Below are positions 25,142-34,745 of a stretch of DNA of 64,000 nucleotides, piece by piece. The stretch's first letter is position 1, and each line of letters starts with the position of its first letter. Made by a program: the position numbers and the translations under genes. Location: contig NC_088796.1 in NCBI RefSeq assembly GCF_011386835.1, forward strand, positions 111,910,001 through 111,974,000. The letters are read 5' to 3'. The DNA is from Chrysemys picta bellii. Its lineage: Eukaryota. The notes below the pieces were generated by a model. That model saw nothing but the letters and a program-made list of their open reading frames with translations, had not been told where the DNA came from and did no database searches.

Positions 25142-26271
25142 TAGGGTTACCATTTGTCCGGATTTACCCGGACATGTCCTCCTTTTTGTGTTAAAAATAG
25201 CGTCCGGGGGGGAATTTGTAAATCACTCAAAATGTCCGGGATTTCCCCCCCAGGCAGAGCGAGGTGCGGCTGGGAGGGCTGCAGGAAAGTCAGCCTCTCG
25301 CATGGGGCTCTGGCAGCCAGAGCCCTTCCCCTGCAGCTTGCCGGGCTGGACTCCGGAGCAGCTGTAGAGCTCCTCCTCCCCGCCTCCCCCTCCCCCCCTG
25401 CATTCTAAACCGGACGGCCTGCCGGGCCGTTCGCATCGGGCCTCGGCAGCTCCTCCTCCCCTGCAGCCCAGCGCCCTGCTCTGGCAGCACTGTGCAGGGG
25501 CAGGGACCGGGTTGTGTGTTGTGCTGGGGAGCGCAGCCACGTGTCCGGCTCTGCACAGAGCCCAACACCATGTTCTGAGCGGCGCGGTAAGGGGGCCAGG
25601 GGGCAGGAGAAGGGGCAGGGAGGTTCTGGAGGGGGCAGTCAAGAGACGGGGGGGGTCGGGAGTTCGGGGGGGGGCTTTTGGGCAGTCAGGGTACAGGTAG
25701 GGGGTAGGGTCCTGGGGGGCAGTTGGGGGGGGGTCTTAGGAGGGGGCAGTTAGGGGACAAGGAACAGGGAGGCTTAGGTAGGGGGTGGGGTTCTGGAGGG
25801 CAGTTAGGAGCAGGGGTCCCAGGAGGGGGCAGTCAGGGGACAAGGAGCGGGGGTGTGGGGGGTTGGGAGTTCTGGGGGGGAGCTGTCAGGGGGCAGGGGT
25901 GGGGAAAGGGATCAGAGCAGTCAGGGGACAGGGAGCAGAGGGGTTTAGATGGGTTGGGAGTTCTGGGGGGGGCTGTCAGGGGGTGGAGAGTGGTTGGATG
26001 GGGTGTGGGAGTCCCAGGGGTCTGTCTGGGGGTGGGGGTGTGGATAAGGGTTGGGGCAGTCAGGGGACAAGAGGCAGGGAGGCTTAGGTAGGGGGTGGAG
26101 TCCTGGGGGGCAGTTAGGGGCAGGGGTCCCAGGAGGGGGGCAGTCAGGGGACAAGGAACGGGGGCAGGGTTGGGAGTTCTGAGGGGGGGCGGGAAGTGGG
26201 AGGGGCAGGGGCGGGGCTAGGGCGGGCCTCCTCCTGTCCTCTTTTTTGCTTGCTGAAATATGGTAACCCTA
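25142..26271. mobile_element. hAT (Blackjack-like) non-autonomous element with internal G-rich minisatellite
   Basis: TIR TAGGGTTACCAT / ATGGTAACCCTA; flanking direct repeat TATTTTA (25135-25141, 26272-26278). Confidence 0.9.
25600..26220 (+). repeat. Degenerate G-rich minisatellite (GGGCAGTCAGGGGACAAGGA... units)
   Basis: Unit recurs near 25745, 25828, 25917, 26055 and 26139. Confidence 0.85.
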
Positions 26272-28276
26272 TATTTTAGCTCTCTTTGAATTCAGTTTAC
26301 CAGTTGGAAACCAGTCAAAGCACTATCATGTGACAAACCTGCGCTCTGTCAGCGCTCTGTCTGCTACTGGCAAGTGCTGCATAGACTACAGTTTGCAACA
26401 AACCACAGAGAGCGGATTAACAAGTTTCTTTTTAGTTGAAAATTATGTGTTAAATGTCTGTGTGACTCCACAGCAGCCTCTGAAATTGTGGCTGCAAAGT
26501 TTTCGCAAGCAATTATTTGCTTACAAATCAGTATTTGCATATGCAAGTTTTGTAGCTTTGAAAGCACAGAACATGTGTGTACAATTTTAAGAGTCAATTT
26601 TACAAATATAGCCATTCGGGGAAGATTTTAAAAGGCAGCCTGAAGTTCATGTGCAAAAATATGAGTAGAGAGTTTCCACAACTCAGCACATAAAAAAAAA
26701 ATCGGACTTCTGCACATGCAAACGAGTATTTAAACATCTAAATGCTCTATTTGCACTCACAATTGTGGTTATTACATGCACAAATGTAGAGATGCAAATA
26801 CAAGTTCATATTTATGGAAGACCAGGTTTTTCTATGTACTTAAAATTTGGCCTTTTGTGACATCATCAACACAATCACTAGTAATTCAAGATTTGACAAA
26901 TGTTCATGGAGCATGAATGCCTGGAAATTGGGATGGTACCAAGAGACAACATGCAACGACTGTCTCAGACAGAAAAAAACCTCACTGACTTATCCTGTGG
27001 TCTCATCTTTCAGCTGAAGTCATTTTTAGCCACGCTAAACCTGAGACATAGATGGAAGCTCTCTTCTGCAACCTTGAGCTTTCATGGGATGTCCTGCCTT
27101 TAGTTCGGATCCTGAGAAAATTACAGCCTCTTGACTCATTTTTCAATTTTTTCCATATGTTTACTACTTTCACCAGTGCCATTCTCTAATATATATTATC
27201 TTTTCTCCCTTGTAGCCTTAGGGTATGTTACACTACGAAATTAGGTCGAATTTATAGAAGCCGGTTTTATAGATATCGGTTTTATACAGTTGATTGTGTG
27301 TGTCCCCACATAAAATGCTCTAAGTGCATGAAGCCGGCGGACCGCATCCACAGTACCGAGGCTAGCATCGACTTCCGGAGCGTTGCACTGTGGGTAGCTA
27401 TCCCACAGTTCCTGCAGTCTCCGCCGCCCATTGGAATTCTGGGTTGAGATCCCAATGCCTGATGATGCAAAACAGTGTCGCGGGGGGTTCTGGGTACATG
27501 CCATCAGGCCCCTCCCCCTCCATCAGAGCAATGGCAGACAATTGATTCGCGCCTTTTTACCTGGGTTACCTGTGCAGACAACATACCACGGCAAGCATGG
27601 AGCCCGCTCAGCTCAGCTAAGCTCACCGTCACCATATGTCATCTGGGTGCTGGCAGACACGGTACTGCATTGCTACACAGCAGTACCTAATTGCCTTTTG
27701 GCAGTAGACAGTGCAGTATGACTGGTAGCCTTCATCAGCTATCTGGGTGCTGGCAGACGTGGGGCTGCATTACTACACAGCAGCAGCCCCTTGCCTTTTG
27801 GCAGTAGATGGTGTACTAAGATTGATATCCGTCATCGTCGTATTCCAGTTCAATCAGAGGCACCTGGGCAGACATGCTTTGTCTCCTGGAGACTCAGTCC
27901 TGCCGGCAGTCCTATTGAACTGTCTTGACGATGAGGGCTAGCAATCGTAGTACAGTATCTTCTGCCAAGCACCCAGAAGATGCCGAGGGCTATCAGTCAT
28001 GCTGCACTGTCTGCTGCCAGCGTAAGATGTAAAAAATAGATGTATTCATTTGCTTCGCCCTCCCTCTGTGAAATCAACGGCCTGCTAAACCCAGGGTTTT
28101 GAGTTCAATCTTTGGGGGGGGCACTCTGTGTGACAGTTGTTTGTGTTTCTCCCTGATGCACAGCCACCTTTGTTGATTTTAATTCCCTGTACCTGTACGC
28201 CATGTCGTCAGTTGCCCCTCCCTCCCTCCGTCAGTTTCGCGCCTTTTTTCAGAACAGACGCCATAGCACTGGGATC

Positions 28277-29578
28277 ACGGAGCCCGCTCAGATCACCTCG
28301 GCAATTATGAGCACTATGAACACCATGTGCATTGTCCTGGAGTATATGCAGAGCCAGGACATGCCAAAGCAAAATCAGGACCAGCCGATGAGGCGATTGC
28401 AGCGCGGCGACGAGAGTGATGAGGAAATTGACATGGACACAGCCCTCACATAAGGTACGGGCCCCAGCAATGTGCAAATCATGGTGTTACTGGGGCAGGT
28501 TCATGCCGTGGAACGCCGATTCTGGGCCCGGGAAACAAGCACAGACTGGTGGGACCACATCGTGTTGCAGGTCTGGGACGATTCCCAGGGGCTGCGAAAC
28601 TTTCGCATGCATAATGGCACTTTCATGGAACTTTGTGACTTGCTTTCCCCTGCCCTGAAGCGCCAGAATACCAGGATGAGAGCAGCCCTCACAGTTGAGA
28701 AGCGAGTGGCGATAGCCCTGTGGAAGCTTGCAACGCCAAACAGCTACGGGTCAGTCGGGAATCAGTTTGGAGTGGGCAAATCTACTGTGGGGGCTGCTGT
28801 GAAACAAGTTGCCAGGGCAATCAAAGACCTGCTGATATCAAGGGTAGTGACTCTGGGAAACGTGCAGGCCATAGTGGATGGCTTTGCGGCAATGGGATTC
28901 CCAAACTGTGGTGGGGCGATAGACGGAACCCATATCCCTATCTTGGCACCGGAGCACCAAGCCACCGAGTACATAAACTGCAAGGGGTACTTTTCAATGC
29001 TGCTGCAAGCCCTGGTGGATCACAAGGGACATTTCACCAACATCAACGTGGGATGGCCGGGAAAGGTACATGATGCTCGCGTCTTCAGGCACTCTGGTCT
29101 GTTTCGAAAGCTGGAGGAAGGGACTTTCTTCCCGGACCAGAAAATAACCTTTGGGGATGTTGAAATGCCTATCATGATCCTTGGGGACCCAGCCTACCCC
29201 TTAATGCCATGGCTCATGAAGCCGTATACAGGCAGCCTGGATGGTAGTCAGGACCTGTTCAACTACAGGCTGAGCAAATGCCGAATGGTGGTGGAATGTG
29301 CATTTGGACGTTTAAAAGCGCGCTGGCGCAGCTTACTGACTTGCTCAGACCTCAGCGAAAAGAATATCCCCATTGTTATTGCTGCTTGCTGTACGCTCCA
29401 CAATATCTGTGAGAGTAAGGGGGAGACATTTATGGCGTGGTGGGAGGTTGAGGCAAATCGCCTGGCCGCTGATTACGCGCAGCCAGACACCAGGGCGGTT
29501 AGAAGAGTACAGCAGGGCGCGGTGCGCATCAAAGAAACTTTGAAAATGAGTTTTGTGACTGGCCAGGCTACAGTGTGA
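28277..29578 (+). pseudogene. Harbinger DDE transposase (HARBI1/ALP1-like family), disabled by an ACG start and one in-frame stop
   Basis: ORFs 28202-28453 and 28472-29578 share one frame and are separated only by TAA at 28451-28453; motifs IDGTHIPI, NRKGYFS-like (NCKGYFS), WPGKVHDAR, LGDPAYPL, VVECAFGRLKARW; AATAAA at 29710-29715. Confidence 0.93.
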
Positions 29579-29849
29579 AACTTCTGTTTGTTTCTCCTTG
29601 ACGAACCCTCTGCCCCTGCCCCCGCCCCCCCCCCCCCCGGTTCACTCTACTTCCCTGTAAACCAACCACCCCACCCTCCCCTCCCCCCTCGAGCACCGCT
29701 TGCAGAGGCAATAAAGTCATTGTTACTTCACATTCATACATTCCTTATTAATTCATCACACAACTAGGGGGATAATTGCCAAGGTAGCCCGAGAGGGGTG
29801 GGGGAGGAGAGAAGGAAAAGGACACACTGCAGTTTAAAACTTCAAAACT

Positions 29850-30354
29850 TTAACACTTATTGAAGGCCAGCCTTCCGATGCTTGGGCAATCATCTGGGGT
29901 GGAGTGACTGGGTGGCCGGAGGCCCCCCCCCACCGTGTTCTTGGGTGTCTGGGTGAGGAGGCAATGGGACTTGGGGAGGAGGGCTGTTGATTACACAGGA
30001 GCTGTAGCAGCGGTCTCTGCTCCTGCTGCCTTTCCTGCAGCTCAACCATACGCTGGAGCATATCCGTTTGATGCTCCAGCAGCCGGAGCATTAACTCTTG
30101 CCTTCTGTCTGCAAGCTGACGCCACCTATCATCTTCAGCCCGCCACTTGCTCTGTTCATCCCGCGATTCAGCCCGCCACCTCTCCTCTCATTCATATTGT
30201 GCTTTTCTGTAGTCTGATATTGCCTGCCTCCACGCATTCACCTGTGCTCTTTCAGCATGGGAGGACATCTGGAGCTCCGTGAACATATCATCCCGAGTCC
30301 GCCGTTTTCTCCTTCTAATCTTTGCTAGCCTCTGCGAAGGAGAAACATTTGCAG
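29850..30354 (-). pseudogene. Harbinger Myb/SANT-like gene, exon 2 (basic stretch, coiled-coil RWRAE repeats, Pro/Ser-rich tail)
   Basis: Acceptor ...CTTCTCCTCCACCAG|CTGCAAAT; reads AANVSPSQRLAKIRRRKRRTRDDMFTELQMSSH...; premature TGA at 30188-30190; G-run frameshift at 29923-29931; presumed original stop at 29850-29852 (RRLAFNKC*). Confidence 0.8.
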
Positions 30355-30609
30355 CTGGTGGAGGAGAAGGGAGAGGTGATTAAAAAACACACATTTTAGA
30401 GAACAATGGGTACACTCTTTCACGTTAAATTTTGCTGTTCACATTACACAGCACATGTGCTTTCGTTACAAGGTCACATTTTTCCTCTTATATTGAGGGC
30501 CTGCCGGTTTAGTGTGAGAGATCACTCACACGGTGCCAGGCAACAGAATTCGGCTTGCAGGCAGCCATGGTAAGCCACAGTCTTTTGGCTTTTTTAACCC
30601 TCATAACAT

Positions 30610-31194
30610 GTGGGAATGGCTTCAAACAGTAGCGCCCTCATTTCCCATACCAAGGACCCATTGGGTTGGCCATTTAAAATGGGTTTGCAATGTAAAAGGA
30701 GGGGCTGGGGTTTCCGGGTTAACATGCTGCACAAACCCAACTACCCCCCACACACACACACACACCCAATTCTCTGGGATGATCCCTTCACCCTCCCCCC
30801 CCACCGCGTGGCTAACAGCGGAGAACATTTCTGTTCAGCCGAGCAGGAACGGGCACCTCTGAATGCCCCCTTAATAAAATCACCCCATTTCAACCAGGTG
30901 ACTGTGAATGATATCACTCTCCTGAGGATAACAAAGAGAGATAAGGAATGGATGTTGTCTGCATGCCAGCAAACACTGGGACCATACGCTGCCATGCTTT
31001 GTTATGCAATGATTCCAGACTACGTGCTACTGGCCTGGCGTGGTAAAGTGTCCTACCATGGCGGACGGGATAAGGCAGCTCTCCCCAGAAACCTTTTGCA
31101 AAGGCTTCGGGAGTACATGAAGGAGAGCTTTCTGGAGATGTCCCTGGAGGATTTCCGCTCCATCCCCATACACGTTAACAGACTTTTCCAGTAG
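30610..31194 (+). CDS. Hypothetical third Harbinger ORF (194 aa) inside the Myb-gene intron; possible terminal exon 30898-31194
   Basis: Uninterrupted frame; amphipathic-helix-like C-terminus LPRNLLQRLREYMKESFLEMSLEDFRSIPIHVNRLFQ; in-phase candidate acceptor AG at 30896-30897. No recognised domain. Confidence 0.35.
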   Translation: MGMASNSSALISHTKDPLGWPFKMGLQCKRRGWGFRVNMLHKPNYPPHTHTHPILWDDPFTLPPHRVANSGEHFCSAEQERAPLNAPLIKSPHFNQVTVNDITLLRITKRDKEWMLSACQQTLGPYAAMLCYAMIPDYVLLAWRGKVSYHGGRDKAALPRNLLQRLREYMKESFLEMSLEDFRSIPIHVNRLFQ

Positions 31195-31288
31195 CTGTAC
31201 TGGCCGCGATTGCCAGGGCAAATTAATCATTAATCATTAAACACGCTTGCTTTTAAACCTTGTGTGATATTTACAAAGGTACACTCAC

Positions 31289-31829
31289 CAGAGGTCCCTT
31301 GTGTGCCCTCAGGTTCTGGGAGCACACCTTGGGTGAGTTCGGGGGTTACTGGTTCCAGGTCCAGGGTGATAAACATATCCTGGCTGTTGGGGAAACTTGA
31401 TAGCTTCCTTGCTGTGAGCTATCTTCATTGTCTTCATCATCATCATCTTCCACGTACCCAGAACCCGCTTCCCTGTTGCGTGTTTCTCCATTGACTGAGT
31501 CAAAGCACATGGTTTGGGTAGTGGTGGCTGCACCCCCTAGAATGGCATGCAGCTCCGTGTAGAAGCGGCATGTTTGTGGCTCTGCCCCAGACCTTCTGTT
31601 TGCCTCTCTGGCTTTGTGGTAGGCTTGCCTTAGCTCCTTAATTTTCACACGGCACTGCTGTGCGTCCCTGTTATGGCCTCTGTCCTTCATGGCCTTTGAG
31701 ACCTTTTCTAATATTTTGCCATTTTGTTTACTGCTACGGAGTTCAGCTAGCACTGATTTGTCTCCCCATATGGCGTACCTCCCGTTCTGTCCATGCTAGA
31801 GCTCTTTTGCGATCCTGGGACTCCATCAT
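31289..31829 (-). pseudogene. Harbinger Myb/SANT-like (trihelix) DNA-binding gene, exon 1
   Basis: ATG at 31829 (MMESQDRKRALAWTEREVR), frameshift near 31770, then SVLAELRSSKQNGKILEKVSKAMKDRGHNRDAQQCRVKIKELRQAYHKARE...FYTELHAILGG and an acidic tract; second frameshift near 31400; donor TCTG|GTGAGT at 31288. Confidence 0.88.
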
Positions 31830-34354
31830 GGTTACCTGTGTTGATGAGCTCTGCGTGGTCACCTGTGCTCTCCACGCTGGGCAAACAGGAAATGAAATTC
31901 AAAAGTTTGCGGGGCTTTTCCTGTCTACCTGGTCAGTGCATCTGAGTTGAGAGTGCTGTCCAGAGCAGTCACAATGAAGCACTGTGGGATAGCTCCCGGA
32001 GGCCAATAACGTTGAATTCCGTCCACACTACACCAAATCCGACCCGCAAAGGCCAATTTTAGCGCTAATCCCCTCGTCGGAGGTGGAGTAAAGAAACTGG
32101 TTTAAAGGGCCCTTTAAGTCGAAAGAAAGGGCTTCGTCGTGTTGACATGCCCAGGCTTAATTCGATTTAACCCTGCTAAAGTCGACCTAAACTCGTAGTG
32201 TAGATCAGGGCTTATTCTTTAATCTTTATTCAACAGATATGCATGTCATCATTTCAGGGAGATAGCAATCTAATTTTAGGGAACACAGAGAGAGAGAGAG
32301 ATGCACTCACCAGTCAGGTTCAAATGGAAGAGACTTTGATAATGAGGGTGACATGGAATCTCGAGGTCTAGTCTCAAAGTATTTTAATGTGGACCGCCTG
32401 GCTTAGTCTCTGTAGGTTTTATTTTTTATTCATCTTTCAATAATTTTTTTTTAAACATCTCAAGCATAATTAGCAGTCGATTTGGTAAACAAAGCCAAGC
32501 AAAGCACTGCTTTTGTCTTGTATTACATTTGTTTTAAAATCACAAACCAGCAGGGGCTGGTTCCCTCCTTCTACCCCTCCCTCTGACTTTCAGCCTGCTC
32601 ACAATTTTTCTCTCGTTATTCAAGGGAATAAATATATGGCTTTAGTAGGGTACAACAACAGAAATATCCAACCCTTCAAACTAGCATAAACCCAGATGAT
32701 TCCAACTTGGTGTTTGCCTCCAACCCTGAATCTCACTTCAGGGAGAATTTCCTCAAACATTAGAGAAAGCCATACATTTGCCCTCTTGTTTTCTGAGTCA
32801 CACAATGATCATGGATGCTGGTGTTTCTTGGATAATAATGGCACTGATGGCAAGTTTACTTCTGGATTTTCATTATGATGAGGGAGTGGCCTCTCCAAAA
32901 TTAAGCTTTACTGTCCATTCTAAGCCCAATTTTGGCCCCCCGTTCTACAAACTTTAAAAGAAGCTTCCATTTCCAATTTTGCATATGTGGTTTGTGGACA
33001 GTAGGAAACATTTTTGCCCAACTGTAGGATGACTCAGATAAGTCATTTTTAAGACTGTGAATTTGGGGAGCAGTAGGAGAAAATGTTCAAGCTTTGGAAA
33101 TTATTCAAAAACAGTTTTTGACAGGTCTTATTTAAAAAAAAAAGACACACAGGGTGAAACTTATTTGTAAAACCTTAATGAGATCTAGGGCCACATTCTC
33201 GGTCCTTTTCTATTCTGTTTGTGCCTCCTTGGTGGTGTACAGGGCACAAGGAGCTGTCTTAACTAGGCAGAGGAGGATTCCCCTTGCTTAGGGCTTTCCC
33301 CATGTGGTAAAACTAGTATAGAGGTCCTTACACCACCCTTTCTGGGTCATCCCACCATATGTTTTATGTTGGGTGGGGCGGGGAGGAAGTAATTCCAACA
33401 CAATAACCCATTCCTGCCGTCTTCTCACGCACCAATGGTGTCCTCATCACCTCTGCACTCCTTCCTCAGCTTCATGGTTTCTGTGTCTATTGCAGCAGAG
33501 CCACAGGGAGAAAGTCAAACCTCTCTTCTTACCAACTCCATCTGCTTCTGTTTAGGGAAATAGTCATGCTGCTGCTGTCACCTAGAGGCACTTTGGGGCA
33601 GTGAAAAGGCCTCAGAACCCCCATCTCAAATTTGTGTGTGAAACAGCTCTCCTTTACCTTCATGTCCCTGGGTCTAATACACCACATATCCTTCCCATCT
33701 CTGTGTAACCTTATCTCACCAGGGATCCCTCAGAGGCAACGTAACATGGATGCTTCTCCACCAGCAGAATCTTCACTAACACTTCCTGCAAGGAACTTTA
33801 GGCTTGGACCCCTTATCAAAGAAAACAAATAATTAGTCATGAAGGGTATATGGTTCCAGTTTGGAAAAATTAAGATCAGTTGAAGTCACCCATTCTATCC
33901 ATCAGATTTTAGCTAAGAAAAGTGACAGATGGGAGCGAGCATACTGCAGACATTGGCACGGATAGTCAGGTCCACAGCAAGGATCTATATCAACTAATTT
34001 ATAAAGGTAATATTTTCAGAAGGGCCTTAGTGACTTGTGTTCCTGAATCTAATTTTCAAAAGCAAAATAGGCATTAGGAGCCCAAGCCCTTAATGGTGTG
34101 GTTACATAGCACTTCAAGCTCATGGGGCTTGGACTGCGGGGCTGTTTCATTGCAATGTAGACATATGAGCGTGAGCTGGAGCCTGGGTTCTAAGACTTTG
34201 AGGGGTGGGAGAGTGTGATATAAAGTTATGAGTTTGGAGTGGCTTTATTACCCAAAAAGAGCAATGTGGCAAGTGAGGTATATGGTAATCCCAAGTAGGT
34301 GATAAAGAAGGATGGTCCAGTGGTTAGGGCCCTAGGTGATTTGAGCACCTGTAT

Positions 34355-34562
34355 GAATGGAGATATCCTATCTCCTAGAGCTGGAAGGGACCTTTAAGGT
34401 CATCGAGTCCAGCCCCCTGCCTTCACTAGCAGGACCAAGTACTGATTTTGCCCCAGATACCTAAGTGGCCCCCTCAAGGATTGAACTCACAACCCTGAGT
34501 TTAGCAGATCAATGCTCAAACCACTGAGCTATCCCTCCCCCCACTGAGCTATCCCTCCCCCC
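34355..34562 (-). mobile_element. Turtle tRNA-derived SINE (tortoise polIII/SINE type) with CR1-like 3' tail
   Basis: Reverse complement gives GGGGGAGGGATAGCTCAGTGGTTTGAGCATTG...GTGAGTTCAATCCTTGAGGGGGCC (A and B boxes) then CTGGACTCGATGACCTTAAAGGTCCCTTCCAGCTCTAGG. Confidence 0.93.
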
Positions 34563-34745
34563 AGGATACTTTAGTTCAAGTCCCTACTCCTCCACACTCT
34601 TCCTGCATGACTCTGGGCAAGTCGCTTAGCTTTTTTGTGCCTCAGTTCCCCCTCTGTAAAATGGGAATAATAGTACTCCCCTACCTCATGGGATTTATTA
34701 TATATAAGATTGTGAGGAATTCAGATACTACAATAATGAAGACCA
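34563..34745 (+). mobile_element. MIR/CORE-SINE-like element interrupted by the turtle SINE (5' part at ~34305-34340)
   Basis: GGATGGTCCAGTGGTTAGGGC lies left of the SINE; CTGGGCAAGTCGCTTAGC...GTGCCTCAGTTCCCCCTCTGTAAAATGGGAATAATAGTAC lies right of it. Confidence 0.7.

Larger units (their letters stand above)
27221..32211 (+). mobile_element. Full-length PIF/Harbinger DNA transposon (disabled autonomous-type copy)
   Basis: Imperfect ~30-bp TIRs GGGTATGT-TACACTACGAAATTAGGTCGA / TCGACCTAAACTCGTAGTGTAGATCAGGGC; TTA direct repeat at 27218-27220 and 32212-32214; contains a DDE transposase and a Myb/SANT gene, the standard Harbinger pair. Confidence 0.96.

Noticed and set aside
25154-26154. Cluster of overlapping 60-140-aa ORFs
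   Set aside because: All lie inside the G-rich hAT element; low-complexity artefacts.
27641-27840. Regularly spaced direct repeats as a possible CRISPR-like array
   Set aside because: Only two full 100-bp tandem units with homologous 'spacers', inside a eukaryotic transposon; no cas genes.
28472-29578. Host domesticated HARBI1 gene
   Set aside because: The ORF lies between TIRs with a TSD, is paired with a Myb-like gene and carries a nonsense codon, so it is a transposon copy; no gene symbol assigned.
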